This document shows positions 26,512 through 40,265 of a stretch of 64,000 bases of DNA, piece by piece (positions within the stretch are counted from its first letter, which is position 1; every line of letters begins with the position of its first letter). The translations under genes were made by a program, and so were the position numbers. Source of the DNA: Ostrea edulis (lineage: Eukaryota); the NCBI RefSeq assembly GCF_947568905.1, contig NC_079171.1:22444001-22508000 (forward strand), in the 5' to 3' direction. The notes beneath the pieces are model-generated. The model ran no database searches. It was not told the origin of the DNA and saw only the letters and a program-made list of their open reading frames with translations.

Positions 26512-26698
26512 GAAAGGCGGAGATAAACAGTGATCAATCTCATAACTCCCATAAGCAATACAAGAGAGAGAGTTGGGCAAACACGGACCCCTGGATATAC
26601 CAGAGGCGGGGTCAGGTGCCTAGGAGAGTAAGAATCCCCTGTCTACCGGTCACACCCGCATTGAGCCCTATGCCTTGATCAGGTAAACGGAGTAACAG
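26512..26698 (-). mobile_element. Naiad-like PLE 3'-end fragment; further fragments at ~27440-27530 (-), 28385-28535 (-), 29430-29563 (+) and 49450-49505 (-)
   Basis: atgaaaggcggagataaacagtgatcaatctcat...acggacccctggatataccagagg. Confidence 0.8.
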
Positions 26699-28210
26699 AT
26701 GTAATAACTACAATAGCGGAGATAGGAAACCCGGTGAATAATTTTGTGTACATAAGTTTATCGACCACATTGCTTACAATGAAATATAAACCTAAAGAAC
26801 GAAAGATTTTCTTTTGTCATCATAACTGGAGGTGCATTCTACCCACTTGAACATTGGGTACTAAATGTACTCCTTGCCCAGAAGAGCTCCAATCTCGAAA
26901 CTTGCTTATTAAAGACATATATGAAAAGGAATTTTATAAATTGAACCGAATGCACACACCAAAGAATCCGATCACAGCCCCCTTTGGGCTTGTGAGCTTA
27001 ATGATATTCTATTTCATATAAAGATCCCTCCTCATTCAAAGACCGTAAGCGCCGAACATAGGCCTAAATTGTGCAGTCCTTCACCGGCAAAGGTTTAAAA
27101 GTTCTTGATTTGACAGCCTGCTACGGGTAGCTACTCACCGACACTGCCAAATGACATCGCAATCACTGGTTGATTTTTCACTATCTTTTATTTGTTGATT
27201 TTAATAAACGTTTGACGTTAGTGAATTGAAACGTTTTGCCATTGAATGAGTTTGAACTCTAAAGACTTTATATTCAGTGTAAGTAATAATTATGCCATGT
27301 TCAGGTAACGTATGACATCAGATGTTGTGATCGCCAGGGATCAAAGTTCACAGCAACTTAAAAAATCCTAAGGTTTTATGATGATATGAAGACAGGTTCT
27401 TATCATTTTGCAAATCATAGAAAGTTGGGAAAACACTAACCCCAGGACATACAAGATCAGGTGCCTGGGAGGAGTAAGCATCCCCTGTTGACCGGTCACA
27501 CCTGCCGCGAGCCCTATGTCTTGATCAGGCAAATGGTAAACCGATCACTGAAAAAAGACATTTGACCTTGAAATATATACGACCGGGCCATAAATTTTTA
27601 AATGCCAATCTAATGCTGTTCTTATTATATTTAGACAGAGGTTAATTGGAATTATCGACATGAAACAAGATGCACTTACATATTTTGATACAGGACACTG
27701 CTTTTGTCAGTCATCACGCAGGGGCGGGTCCGGGGGGTGTGTTCAAAGGGGTGGGTGACTCATGTTTCACCTTTTCCGCCAAGAAGGGGGATCCCAAAAT
27801 GACAAAACGTATTAGTTGTGTTAATAATGTTCAATCCCGGAGATGGGAGGAGTTTTGGTGACCCCCTCTAAACCCGAATCTCCATTACACGTACCACTTT
27901 ACAAACTTGGGTCACACGGAGACGGAAAGCAATTTGAACTAAGCCTATATACACTGTATTCCACGAAAGATGGCGACAAGCAATCAATGAATTTAAGACA
28001 GCACCATATTCTAAAAATAATCCTACAAAGATTCTATTTTGTGTGTTTGTGGTCAGACTGAAATACAAATGTGCACTCGTTTTATTTTACAGTCATTGTC
28101 ATACAACAATGACGCGTCCCATCATGTCCTCATCAAACTGGCTCTATGACTGAAGTAAGAATAGACCAAGTTTTCAACTCCATTTTCAGTTGATGGAGTC
28201 AGACTAACTA

Positions 28211-28345
28211 CAGTCTACTCTGAATATATTGAAATTCATGGGACCAACCTGAAATATTCATTATATAAATAATGTTGCTGGGGATTTACTATTACTTCAA
28301 TATAACAGATAGTTCAATGTAAGCGACTTCATGTGGAGTAGATTG
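28211..28345. mobile_element. Tc1/mariner-type MITE
   Basis: TA-cagtctactc ... gagtagattg-TA. Confidence 0.65.
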
Positions 28346-30708
28346 TAGAAATATTTTTACCAACAGACAATGTGTGTTTGATATACAAGGTGAGATGTGA
28401 AGATAACGAACAGTGATTAAGTTCATAACTCTCATAAAAAATTAAGAGTTGAACAAACATGGACCCGGCTATACCAGGGGAGGGATCAGGCGCCCAGGAG
28501 GACTAAGCATCCCCTGTCGACCGGTCACACTTGCCAAATGTAAAGGAGAAATGTAATCATGAATACATTTGTAGAAATTGAAATATAATTTGAAGCATGC
28601 AGAAAAATCAAATTTACTCAGAACATGTTTCACCTTTAAGAAGCAATTTTACCTTAACTATATATGCTACAAATAAACTTTTTTTGAAAAAAAAATGGCG
28701 AAAATAAAATTAGATTTATAAGTAAAATAAATACAATGCACCGAATATCCCATGATTTTCCAATTGTTCAAAATTTATATAGTTATATAGGGAGAGGTAC
28801 ACTATTTCATGTTTTGAAAATCATAAAAAAAAAACCAACTATATGTATATGACCCTTATTTGAAAAAAAAAAAAGGATTCTATATTCATACTTATTACAA
28901 CCGAATAATATCAAAATTGTTTGTATCAAGTTACATTGTAAGTGTATTTGATACATGCACGTGCAGCATCGTAGTTATATTATTTCCATATACAATCTTT
29001 CATTTAATGAGATCTTTACTCAGAACAAATAGACATCTACGTGCATGTTCCACAATGGCCTTTCTATTAGCAGACATTGCGTCAGCATGCTGACCATGTT
29101 ATAAAACCAGCAAACGTGTTTAAATTCATGGCCGATAGATTTCTTGTGGTGCATTTTACTTCACGTTTAGTGCGTCTCATGAACACAAATGACCTGCTAA
29201 TCATATTTTAATTTCATTTTAGAAACAAGGATATATCAATTTCGAAGAAATATTAAGATTCATATTTGTTAGATTTATTGTTTAATAATATATTTTTGTT
29301 TTTTACATTGTAAAATCACTTGCTACAAACAAATCTTATATATGGAAAATGAATAAATTTCACCGCATGGAAATTAATTTTTGACCACGATTTCTCAACA
29401 CGTCTAATACAGAGGGACAACTTTATATAGAGTTACAAAGGATGCTTACTTCTCCTAGGCACCTGATCCCACCTCTTCTGTGTCCATGGGTCCGTATTTG
29501 CCCAACTATCTATTTTGTATTGCTTATGGGATTGATCGCGGTTCGTTATCGTCACCTTTCATAGAGAGGAGCAATTCATCACAAAAGTTTAACATCATAG
29601 AAAATATGCAAGTTCTTAAAATTTGAGGAATTTAATAGTTATACTAATTGCAACCAGAATAAGCAAATATAATCAACCTATGCATCTTATTTTTGTTCGT
29701 AGCAAGCGTCCTTAATGCAAGTAGACAACAACTGCGCAGTACAGATTTAGTCACGTATGCATTCTGAGAGTTGAAAAGAAGTTAATGCTATATCGTAAAT
29801 ATTTACACTCATGTAGTAGTGATTTCCTAGTGTTCAAGTTCACTTTATTATCTCACACCATTATTGGTACATGATGTGCGATAGTAACATATGTACATTA
29901 ATAAATGAAACTAGTCAGAGGTACAATATATAAAATGAGACGCGACAAAAAGTAAATATAAAGCTGGGAATCAAGGAGGACAAACAGCATCATAAATTTT
30001 CAAAATAAACATACAGAGATTTTGTAGAGTTTACCAGTCTTACATCTGTATTATAGTAAAATGCACGTGTAACTTAGATGTGTTGACTGTTTATAATTAA
30101 TTACTTATTAATTACAGTATTCTGTCTATTGTTGGATGTACACTGCATTTATTTTCATTCACAATATGCACTTACTCTTAGTGGAATAACTCAGAAGTGA
30201 TAGCTTGTTACACGTGTTAGTATTACACACACAGGTTCTTTTCACAGAACTTTATTTCACTGGTGGGTACCCGCGAAACGTCAAGAGTACCTACTCTGTA
30301 TGAAGTAAAAGTGTCAATCCGAGTCCCATTCAGGTTGCAAAGCTTACATGTCGAAATATTAGAATTATGAATACATTTAGAGAATGTAGAATATGATCTG
30401 AAATATGCTATGAAAATGCACCATGAATACATTTCACATCAGCTCGGATTTTATACAGTTTTACGTTCTTGCATTGCCGTTTCAAAAATGTAATAAAGAA
30501 ATCCTAACATATTTTTTCTCTATACTTGTGTTCAAACATAACATAAAAAATTCATAAAAGCCCCATGCTATCTGGAAACTCGCGGTTTCAAATAATTGTG
30601 TTTGTTAACGTAGCCATGTTAGGTAGCCAGTCAATTCGTACCCCTTGATTATTTCTTCATAATATCCGATACGAGGCATGCATGCGGACCCCCTAATTAT
30701 TTGGTCAT

Positions 30709-30911
30709 GAGTGCGTTCGGGGTCGCCTTTCTCGTTGTTCTCGTGCTTCGTTCTTAGAGTTGCGAACGGCGATAACATGTGCGAACGAACGTGTTCTTCT
30801 ACCACACTACCTACAGAGGTGGTGTGACTTCTTGCACCTCGAACCCGTTCTCGGGTTGCGGATCGACAAGAATTTGTACTCGTACGAAGAACGGCGAACT
30901 CGAACGCACTC
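30709..30911. mobile_element. CpG-rich MITE-like segment with 11-bp TIR
   Basis: gagtgcgttcg / cgaacgcactc; many gaac/gttc subrepeats. Confidence 0.5.
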
Positions 30912-32344
30912 CATAATATCCGATACGAGGTACGCATTCGGAACCTCTCTTGATTAGTCCCCGACACAGTCTCGGTTCTTAAATCTCATCCAAAATACTT
31001 GTGATTCTAAATTATTACCGTGTGAGAGAATTAGTCACTATTTATAGTTAAGTCTCGGGTTTGAATCGGCCATGACAGGAGTGGGGCTCGAACTCGCGAT
31101 CTTCCGGTCACGGAATGTATCACTGAAATTTTTTCTTTGTTGCTATGAATAAGATAACATGACACGACTACTATTTTTTTTTCTATTTTCAAAAGAAGCA
31201 TGTTAATTTATGCATGTAGATCCTAGCTGTGCACAAGATCATTGTGAGTTTTTAAATTTGTCTTTGTATGTGTTAGTTATGGTGCTTTATTGGTATGAGA
31301 TGCACTTTAACTGCACTTTCTGAACAGTCATGAGAAGGATGTGTCGATAATAAAAGAGCCTTTATGTTTTAAACAGAATCAAAACACGTTCATTTCATGT
31401 TATCATGACGTTTTCCATATTAATTGACAAATGATTGTCATGATCATTAATTAATTTCCCTTCAGACTCATGGTATGGTGTGAGGAAACCACCACTGAAC
31501 CTTAATTAATTGAAACACATACAAAACCTGGAGTGTCGAAGACGTCAGCAAATTGCTTAATTGCTTTTAAATTAATTATAATTATATCATAAGACATGTG
31601 TCATATGTCGATAGGGGCATGTTACAGGAAACTAAATTTGAAAGGTCTCCATGTCAGACCTATATTTAACTACTAATCAGTTGCGACAATAGCACCAATT
31701 TCCTTTAATGACATCACAAAGGTGATATGCTTTCTTCGTTTGATCGACATTGGTTCTTAGTAATTTAAACCAACAACTGTGAAACCTACACCCTTGATGT
31801 TTCATTATCAACGGGAGTGGGAAAAAAATATCCCACTAAACAAATTATTTAATTCTGATTTAACGATGTCTAATCTTTACGTGTCTGTAGGATACACTGC
31901 CTTAGAGAATACTTAGGGGGTGACAGACTGGACGATGGCTTTTTAAACGTCATGAGATTAAATATGATGGCTTGTTTATATAATAATTCACAGTTCGGGG
32001 AACCCCCATAATGCGAAAACGTCCGGTAATTCTAGTAAAGGCCGAAAACCGGATTTCTTGGTATTTCATATTTATACATAACTAAAAGGTTATATTAAGT
32101 TTACTTGCTTTTGTTTATGAGTGAATCTGAATCTGTGAAATCGGTGTGGAGAAATTTGACGACATCACATATTAAGGATGAGAAATTCTAAACATAGAAG
32201 ATAAGTCAGAGAAGCAATTTTAAAAGATACTAAAATGTAAGATTATGATAAGTTCAGGCTAGACAATAACGTTATTGGACATTACGTGTGCCCTTGTTAC
32301 TTATTATTCCTTTGAAAAATATTGCACTTAAAAATGAAATGAGT

Positions 32345-32500
32345 TCAATCCGACATATATACTGAAACCCGGATAACGCACAATCCGACATATATTCTGT
32401 AACCCGGGTAACGCACAATCCGACATATATACTGTAACCCGGATAACGCGCAATCCGACATATATACTGTAACCCGGGTAACGCACAATCCGCGATATAT
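32345..32500. repeat. Minisatellite, 35-bp unit aatccgacatatatactgtaacccggRtaacgcRc, 4-5 copies
   Basis: Direct reading. Confidence 0.9.
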
Positions 32501-33139
32501 AGTATAGATATATAAATCCAATATACACACAGGTATGAAAGGGGGCTGCTTTGGATGGTGCCGTGATGCATATACAATGCACGAATGTAATATGTCTGCT
32601 GGGGCTTAAAAATCCCCTCAAGGTGTACAAGGGTAGCAAGTGCATCATCGACAATTTATGACGCGCTCACGTCAAATTCATTCCACAATAATATGTGTAG
32701 TGGAGGGAAGTGAACATCGATTAAACTGTGCAGCTACACATAGCTGTTCCTCTGAATTAATATTTCTGTCAGGAAATTCGAATTTTGTCCTCTTTGCACC
32801 AAGAATACAATCTTGAATGAGACGTGGTCGTATTTGCTTAATAACATTTGGAGTATAAATCACGACATCAGTTCGACATTGTGACAGTTTCTGATAAAGG
32901 ACAAACCTTTGCTTCCTCCAGAATGCTTTGTCGTACACGAATTTAGCATATTAGCTAGATACTACCGTTCGTCAATGATATGGAAATATTCTATAATAAG
33001 AAACATATTGCAGCAGATGAAAGGAAGTATCATACTACAGGCTGATGACGGTAGCCATGCAAAAAATATTTAAAACCCTGCCCATACGTACGTATAGAGA
33101 GAATGGCAGACATACCTAATGCTACAAGCATGTTGCATT

Positions 33140-33510
33140 TTCAACAAGAAATATGGTTTTATCACTGATGCCCCCGAATTACAACAAATTGAAACCAGGT
33201 CAATGTTTAATGTCCAGGGGTGTGAATTTTTCCTCTGATTTGCTCAATTTTCGAAAAAATGAAATACTCTGGATTTGATCTAAAATGATATTTTTCCAGG
33301 TAGGGTGAGGTGTTTTCCTCCCTTTTTGATCAGTTTTCCTCTGATTTGTGAGAAATTCAGTCACATCCCTGAATGTCACAAGGTCAAATGTTTTGGTGCC
33401 AATGGAAATATACAAAGCTAACATTGTAAAGATATGACTAAAGTTTTTTGCCACAGACAGATAGGCCAAAAAGTATATACCCCCGAATCTTCGATTCCGG
33501 GGACATCGGA
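33140..33510 (+). mobile_element. Helentron/pearl-like non-autonomous element
   Basis: aacaaga start, gacagacag tract, 3' palindrome ccccgaatc-ttc-gattccgggg. Confidence 0.65.
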
Positions 33511-35189
33511 ATTCGTTTGCATACACATTTGTGTCCTCAAAAGTCTACAGTAGAGCGTACGTCTTTAAGTATCAATGCCTTAAAATGTTGTACCTAACAC
33601 TTGTATATTGAACAACAATAATGACAGCACCATTATACAGTTGTTTTGTTTTTTATTTGTGACGTCATACCACTTATAGCGATCAAAATTTCCAAATCAA
33701 ACCGATATTGATTTTAGACAAGGTGCATGTATTAATATAAAATGAAATCCTTGTAATATTATCGTAATAAATTGGAATTTTAAGGGATTTTGAAATTCAT
33801 ATCAATGCAAATGTAGGACTTGTTTTGTTTACATGTCAATTGAATATAAACTGAATTATAAAAATCTGAAATATCATTAACATGGCAGTCATTGGTTCAA
33901 CAGAGACATTTCACATTTGCAAAAATTGTTGTTTCAGCAAGGTAATGACATTTAAGATATTTTGTCGTTTATGCCATGTGGTCACAATTTGTCTTCAGCC
34001 ATGGTGCTTTTTCGCCATGTTCATATTTGAATTGCTTCTGTTGTGTGCAGAGAACTGTCATGTGAATATTTGATACTCATATATATGGTAATCCGTCGCC
34101 TTAATGTTGGTAGAATTATCCTTTGTTTCGTTAGTAGAGAGTACTACTAGAGACAAACCATTTACGGTGTGCCGCTCAGTGGCGGATAATCTGAGAGTTT
34201 CAGATCCACTGTGGTATACTCCCAGTCATACATGTGCATTTCACGGATCTATCTAATTCAATTCATCTGACAATCAAGTAATAGAATTTGCGCTTAAAAG
34301 TTTGATCTATCTATCTATTGAATTAGATTTACAAAATCTGACCTCATGGTTCATAATTGTCTACAAAATCGTCTTGTATTCAAGATAGGATTTAAATGTA
34401 ATGTTTTAAAGGGGTTGATGCGTGCATGTGTTGACATGTAACAGCTGATGGGGGTTAATTTGTCAATGTTTCCACTATACAAATATACTGAATCAATCAT
34501 TTCTGGATTTTTACTTTCAAATATGATATATTTTTGAAATTCTATAATTAACTGGACGTCTAGGGTTTACAACGTTGTGCATCATTTTGATATACTTTGC
34601 AGTATCAATAGTTCCTACAAATAGTGGTAGAAAACAGTAGAATTAACGACCAAATTTGCGATTGTTCTAGGATACGACACAACAACAAGTGTCTTTTTTA
34701 TAATTAATTAGAAGTTAATGTCAAGTGTACTTTTAGCTCTAAATATTTTTATTGCAGGTTTTTGTAAACAAAGTCGTTCATTAAATGTATTAACATTCTC
34801 ATCTGTTTTACGATAAATAAAACGTAATTGTTTAAAGCATTTGATGGAAAATGCAGGTAAAATAATTAGCTGCAGGTAATAGAATATAAATACATGTATC
34901 TTCTGTGTGTGGAATTGAAGATTGAAGCTTGTTGTTTCAGATCTGTTGAATTTCCCAAATTAAGATATTATCATGTTTTAAAGTAGGTTTTGAAGAAAGA
35001 GTAGCATCACTTTAAATGATTCCCTGAATTTGAATTACTGATTCTCAACATATTTCTACGGTGCAAGTGTCATCTGCATGTACAATGGACGTATCTTTAT
35101 ATACACATATCTTACGTTGCAGAATGCTATTGATTTGCACTATCAGTCGTAATAGCAGATAATGACATAGCATAGTTATGTTTATCATC

Positions 35190-36480
35190 TGGTCTGCTAT
35201 TGACATAATATAGCTATGGTTTATCCGGTCTGTCCTACTATTGACGTAATATAGCTATGTTTTATCCGGTCTGTCCTACTATTGACATAATATAGCTATG
35301 GTTTATCCGGTCTGTCCTACTGTTGACATAATATAGCTATGGTTTATCCGGTCTGTCCTACTATTGACATAATATAGCTATGGTTTATCCGGTCTGTCCT
35401 ACTATTGACGTAATATAGCTATGTTTTATCCGGTCTGTCCTACTATTGACATAATATAGCTATGGTTTATCCGGTCTGTCCTACTATTGACGTAATATAG
35501 CTATGTTTTATCCGGTCTGTCCTACTATTGACATAATATAGCTATGGTTTATCCGGTCTGTCCTACTGTTGACATAATATAGCTATGGTTTATCCGGTCT
35601 GTCCTACTATTGACATAATATAGCTATGGTTTATCCGGTCTGTCCTACTATTGACGTAATATAGCTATGTTCTACCCAGTCTACTATTGACATAATATAG
35701 CTATGTTTTATCCGGTCTGTCCTACTATTGACATAATATAGCTATGGTTTATCCGGTCTGTCCTACTATTGACATAATAGAGCTATGGTTTATCCGGTCT
35801 GTCCTACTATTGACGTAATATAGCTATGTTTTATCCGGTCTACTTTTGACGTAATGTAGCTATGGTTTATCCGGTCTGTCCTAGTGTTGACATAATAGAG
35901 CTATGGTTTATCCGGTCTGTCCTACTATTGACATAATATAGCTATGTTTTATCCGGTCTGTCCTACTATTGACATAATATAGCTATGGTTTATCCGGTCT
36001 GTCCTACTATTGACATAATATAGCTATGGTTTATCCGGTCTGTCCTACTATTGACATAATAGAGCTATGGTTTATCCGGTCTGTCCTACTATTGACATAA
36101 TATAGCTATGTTTTATCCGGTCTACTTTTGACGTAATGTAGCTATGGTTTATCCGGTCTGTCCTACTATTGACATAATATAGCTATGGTTTATCCGGTCT
36201 GTCCTACTATTGACATAATAGAGCTATGGTTTATCCGGTCTGTCCTACTATTGACGTAATATAGCTATGTATTATCCGGTCTACTATGACATAATATAGC
36301 TATGTATTATCCGGTCTGCTATTGACATGATATAGCTATGTTTTATCCAGTCTACTATGACGTAATATAGCTATGTATTATCCGGTCTACTATTGACATA
36401 ATATAGCTATGTTTTACCCCGTCTACTATTGACATAATATAGCTATGTTTTATCCGGTCTACTATTGACATAGTGACATA
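35190..36480. repeat. Minisatellite, 41-bp unit ctattgacataatatagctatggtttatccggtctgtccta, about 31 copies; 36-bp variants at the right end
   Basis: Period 41 counted directly (ttgac at 35241 and 35282). Confidence 0.97.
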
Positions 36481-36775
36481 GGATAGTTGTGTTATATCCG
36501 GTCTGATCTACATATCCCCTTTAACCTTACGGAGTCCAATAACAATAAGAATGCATAGACATATTAAATATATTCTGAATTTGAAATCTGTGTAGTTTCT
36601 TAAGAAAATATTCTAGAAAATGAAATAAAAATGAAATGAAATATGTTTATTAGGCAGAGAACTTACCAGATTCAAAACAGTTTACGAGTTATTAGTTTCA
36701 CTATGAAAATAAACTGGAAAAAAAATCAGTTTTATATCGAGACACATACTTACATACAAAATGGATATTATACTA

Positions 36776-37085
36776 TGTAAAACGTATACGGTACCAATTT
36801 TGATGCACCAGATGCGCATTTCGACAAATAATGTCTCTTCAGTGATGCTCAACCGAAATGTTTGAAATCCAAAATAACTATGAAGTTTTGGAGCTAAATA
36901 TAGCCAAAAACAGCGTGCCAAAAAAGTGGAGCCAAATTCGTTAAGGATAAGAGCTATGCACGAGGGAGATAATCCTTAATTTTGAAATGAATTTCTAAAT
37001 TTTATAACAGCAATTAAATATACATCCGTATTTTCAAGCTAGTAACGAAGTACTAAGCTACTGGGCTGTAGAGACCCTCGGGGAC
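36776..37085 (-). mobile_element. Penelope-like pLTR fragment
   Basis: Contains the hammerhead; ~200 bp shared with 20416-20627, with the same boundary on the hammerhead side. Confidence 0.75.
36805..36848 (-). ncRNA. Minimal type I hammerhead ribozyme with palindromic stem III
   Basis: GCATCA-CTGAAGA-GAC attattt GTC-GAAA-TGCGCA-TC-TGGTGC: stem I GCATCA/TGGTGC, complete CUGANGA and GAAA core, AUC cleavage triplet. Confidence 0.85.
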
Positions 37086-37202
37086 TATACATTGTAATTA
37101 ATTGATAAAACCTTTGATACATAGCGATCTCATTCCGGGATGTAGGCTTTTAAAAACACGATACACTAAGAACAAATATATAACAAGAGCGTAATTCATA
37201 AT

Positions 37203-37482
37203 CAGGGCCGTAACTGCCGATGAGGCAGACGAGGCAACTGCCTCGTCTGATTTTTTGGCAAAAAAGAAAATAAAATTATATAAATGTTATATTATAGGAT
37301 ATATGTTTAAAATGAAGACAAGCACCTTTGTCTTTGACACCATATTACGATTCTTTACATAGTACAAATGAAACACAAACATGATAAATTGGGATTTAAA
37401 AAGTGTCATTTTCAGTCGTAAAGTCAATCGGCGGCCCCCAATCCCCTGCCTCCCCTGATTTAGAACCCTACTTACGGCCCTG
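37203..37482. mobile_element. MITE with 11-bp TIRs
   Basis: cagggccgtaa / ttacggccctg, flanked by AT on both sides. Confidence 0.8.
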
Positions 37483-37520
37483 ATAATTCATGCTTAATGT
37501 AATACGTGTTTGTTATATCA

Positions 37521-37790
37521 TCAAGATGTGTATGTGAAACACTGATGCCCCCGTATGGCCAAATTCCAAGGTGAAGGCCAAGAAGCTCGTAACCTTAAGA
37601 AAGGTCTTGTCACAAGGTATATACAGGTGCATGTGCAGTATGAAAACCCTATCATCATCTATTCAAAAGTTTAGGCTAACGTTAAAGTCTTTAACGGGCA
37701 AACAGACATACCACGGACAGACAGACAGACGGACATACCAAAAGCTGTATACCACAGAATCTCCGATTTCTGGGGACGCACAATACATGC
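37521..37790 (+). mobile_element. Helentron/pearl-like non-autonomous element
   Basis: caagatgtg...ctgatgcccc start shared with 33140; (gaca)n; 3' hairpin cagaatc-tcc-gatttctg. Confidence 0.65.
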
Positions 37791-37850
37791 AAATGCCACT
37801 TTTGAGCAATACCTTCAGAAAGCCGCTTATGTCCACAATGTGTACTCCTT

Positions 37851-38082
37851 TGGGCCTCCGTGACCGAGTGGTTAGAGCAAAACTACACGGCCTCTCACTT
37901 CTGGTCGGCACGGGTTCGAATCCTAGCTCGCGCCGGTAAGTGAGAAAGTTTCCCAGTTTACTTTCTGGAGGTCGGTGGTCTCTTCCCAGGTACATTGTAT
38001 CTGGGTTCTCTCTTCCACCAACAAAAACTGGGCGCCACCAGATAACTGAAAAATTATTGAGTGTGGCGGAAAACATCTAAAC
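37851..38082 (+). mobile_element. tRNA-derived V-domain-type SINE, full length
   Basis: A box and B box (ggttcgaatcc), same core and tail as 3671. Confidence 0.85.
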
Positions 38083-38174
38083 AATCCTTTTAAGGACTAC
38101 TTCATTTTTTTTTTTTTTTTTTTTTTTTACCTTTAATCCTCATGAAAATACTAAGTATTTTAAACCCACTGTAG

Positions 38175-38880
38175 AAGAGAATCAACAGACGTGTTGTGTC
38201 ACAACATATGGGAAGAGTGGTGTAAATCAAATATGGATTCTCAAAAATTCCAAAGAAGATCAATTGTTAATCGATACTGATTCTATGCAAAAGTACTCTG
38301 AAATTGATAGTAGAAATATACCGGAGATCAAATGCACAATAACTATGTAGTGTTTGCCAAAAGTATGTTGGAACTCCAATGGGTACGAATTATTTTCCTG
38401 TATTAGCCGACCCGTTTTGTATTCTTATGAGACATAATTTATTCAAAAGAAAAAGAAATTCTTGTTGTGCCCTTCAACTCGACATTTAGATGTATCGACG
38501 ACGGTTTATACATTAACAATACTCATTTTAATTCATCCAGTTTAGAATTGGTCCTCAGTTCTCCTTGCTTGTCGTAAGAGGCGACTAAATGGGGCGGTCC
38601 TTCGGATGAGACCGCAAACACCGAGGTCCCCTGTCACAGCAGGTGTGACACGATAAAGATCCCCCCTGCGCAAAGGCCGTAAGCGCCTAGCATAGGCGTA
38701 AATTTTGCAGACCTTCACTTGCAATGGTGATGTCTCCATATGATTGGAACATTCTCGAGAGGGACGTTAAACAATATTTAATCAATCAATCATTTTCATT
38801 CATTCGATACATCTCAGTGAAGTTAAAATAAAAGACACCATAGATGCCTTCCATATCTGCTTCATACTTGGATATGTCAT
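38175..38880 (+). mobile_element. Naiad-like PLE RT relic interrupted by an S1 SINE (38541-38792, +)
   Basis: GVNQIWILKNSKE, VGTPMGTN, TFRCIDD and IKDT motifs on either side of the SINE. Confidence 0.75.
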
Positions 38881-39261
38881 TGAACATGATAAACATGTTG
38901 CGTTGATCTCGACGTAAAATGTAACAATGCAAACTGTAATAATCGTGCCTTTAAGACAATGATATCATTAATTCAACAAAAGGGAACAGTTACTCAGTAT
39001 GGCTGTTATTCATTGATGGTACAAATATCCATAAATGATCCTCTCTGGCATTATTTGAGTATAAGCTGATTTTGCGCTCTTTAGATGATATAGATTTATA
39101 ACAGTTTGTGTTATTTCACTGAACTCAACACAGTATAATATAATTTCGTCCACACAGCTGTATATTAAGATAATGATACAAATAGTTCAATTTAAAGGAA
39201 TATTCAATTACGTTTTGTGTTATTACATTCTACGTTGAACTTCACAAAAAAGGTAATGAAT

Positions 39262-39760
39262 TTATTACATTTTGCGTCGGTATTACATTTTGTGTCACTA
39301 TTACATTTTGCGTCGGTATTACATTTGCGTCACTATTACATTTTGCGTCACTATTACATTTTACATCGGTATTACATTTTGCGTCACTATTACATTTGCG
39401 TCACTATTACATTTTGCGTCGGTATTACATTTTGTATCACTATTACATATTGCGTCGGTATTACATTTGCGTCACTATTACATTTTGCGTCGGTATTACA
39501 TTTGCGTCACTATTACATTTTGCGTCACTATTACATTTGCATCACTATTACATTTTGCGTTGGCATTACATTTTGCATCACTATTACATTTTGCGTCGGT
39601 ATTACATTTGCGTCACTATTTCATTTTGCGTCACTATTACATTTTCATCACTATTACATTTTGCGTCGGTATTACACATTTTGCGTCGGTATTACATTTT
39701 GTGTCACTATTACATTTTGCGTCGGTATTACATTTGCATCACTATTACATTTTGCGTTGG
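39262..39760. repeat. Minisatellite, 18-19 bp units cactattacattttgcgt / cggtattacattttgcgt, about 27 copies
   Basis: Direct reading; explains the three overlapping ORFs. Confidence 0.95.
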
Positions 39761-39862
39761 TACACAGGTTCCTTGTTACAATTATTTAATGAGTAAACTT
39801 TTTAAAATTTAAAGAAGGTAGACAAAATGACACATATTTCGCTTGACAAATTGTTTTATTTT

Positions 39863-40265
39863 TCAATGAAGTTTCCATCCGCTAAACGTAGTTCGGGCCC
39901 ATTCGTAGCTAACTATATTGCCATGGGACGCTGCGGAAGGCGTACGTATATAAACGTTGTCACCAGCATTCAGTGCTTTGACCACAATTCCTGTTGGTGA
40001 ATTCTTATCATTATGATCACCACTGTCTGCAAAGGTACGGCCAACTATTTGAGTGTTTATAACAATCTCTGAGAAAATGAATCCATTTTCTGAAGATATC
40101 ACTGTCCAGGTGAAGACGTAGACACCTTGAGTGGGTGCAGTGAACGCCCCTAGATTCGGATGTAGCCACCGCCTTCATTCGTTATGACGGTATCAAAAAT
40201 AAACATGTGGTGGGTACTTGGAGCTACTTCAGTTTTGCTCATGTATGCATAGAATGCGACATCAA
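39863..40265 (-). CDS. C1qDC gene A, exon 2: globular C1q domain (1-bp frameshift near 40158 as assembled)
   Basis: Acceptor ttttacag; VDVAFYAYMS..HHMFIFDTVITNEGGGY then, after the shift, NLGAFTAPTQGVYVFTWT..LNAGDNVYIR..TTFSGWKLH*; AATAAA 2 nt after the stop. Confidence 0.9.

Noticed and set aside
32500-32940. Possible PA14-like or RT-like coding remnant on the minus strand
   Set aside because: Only a few residues (YYIRALY; KAF..L.KL) in different frames with stops; too weak to call
35190-36480. CRISPR-like array or repeated bacterial -35 (TTGACA) promoters
   Set aside because: Units are contiguous with no unique spacers, there are no cas genes, and the context is eukaryotic
39217-39812. 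His/Tyr-rich ORFs beside C1qDC-A
   Set aside because: Translations of the 18-19 bp array, on the opposite strand to the gene and past its poly(A) signal
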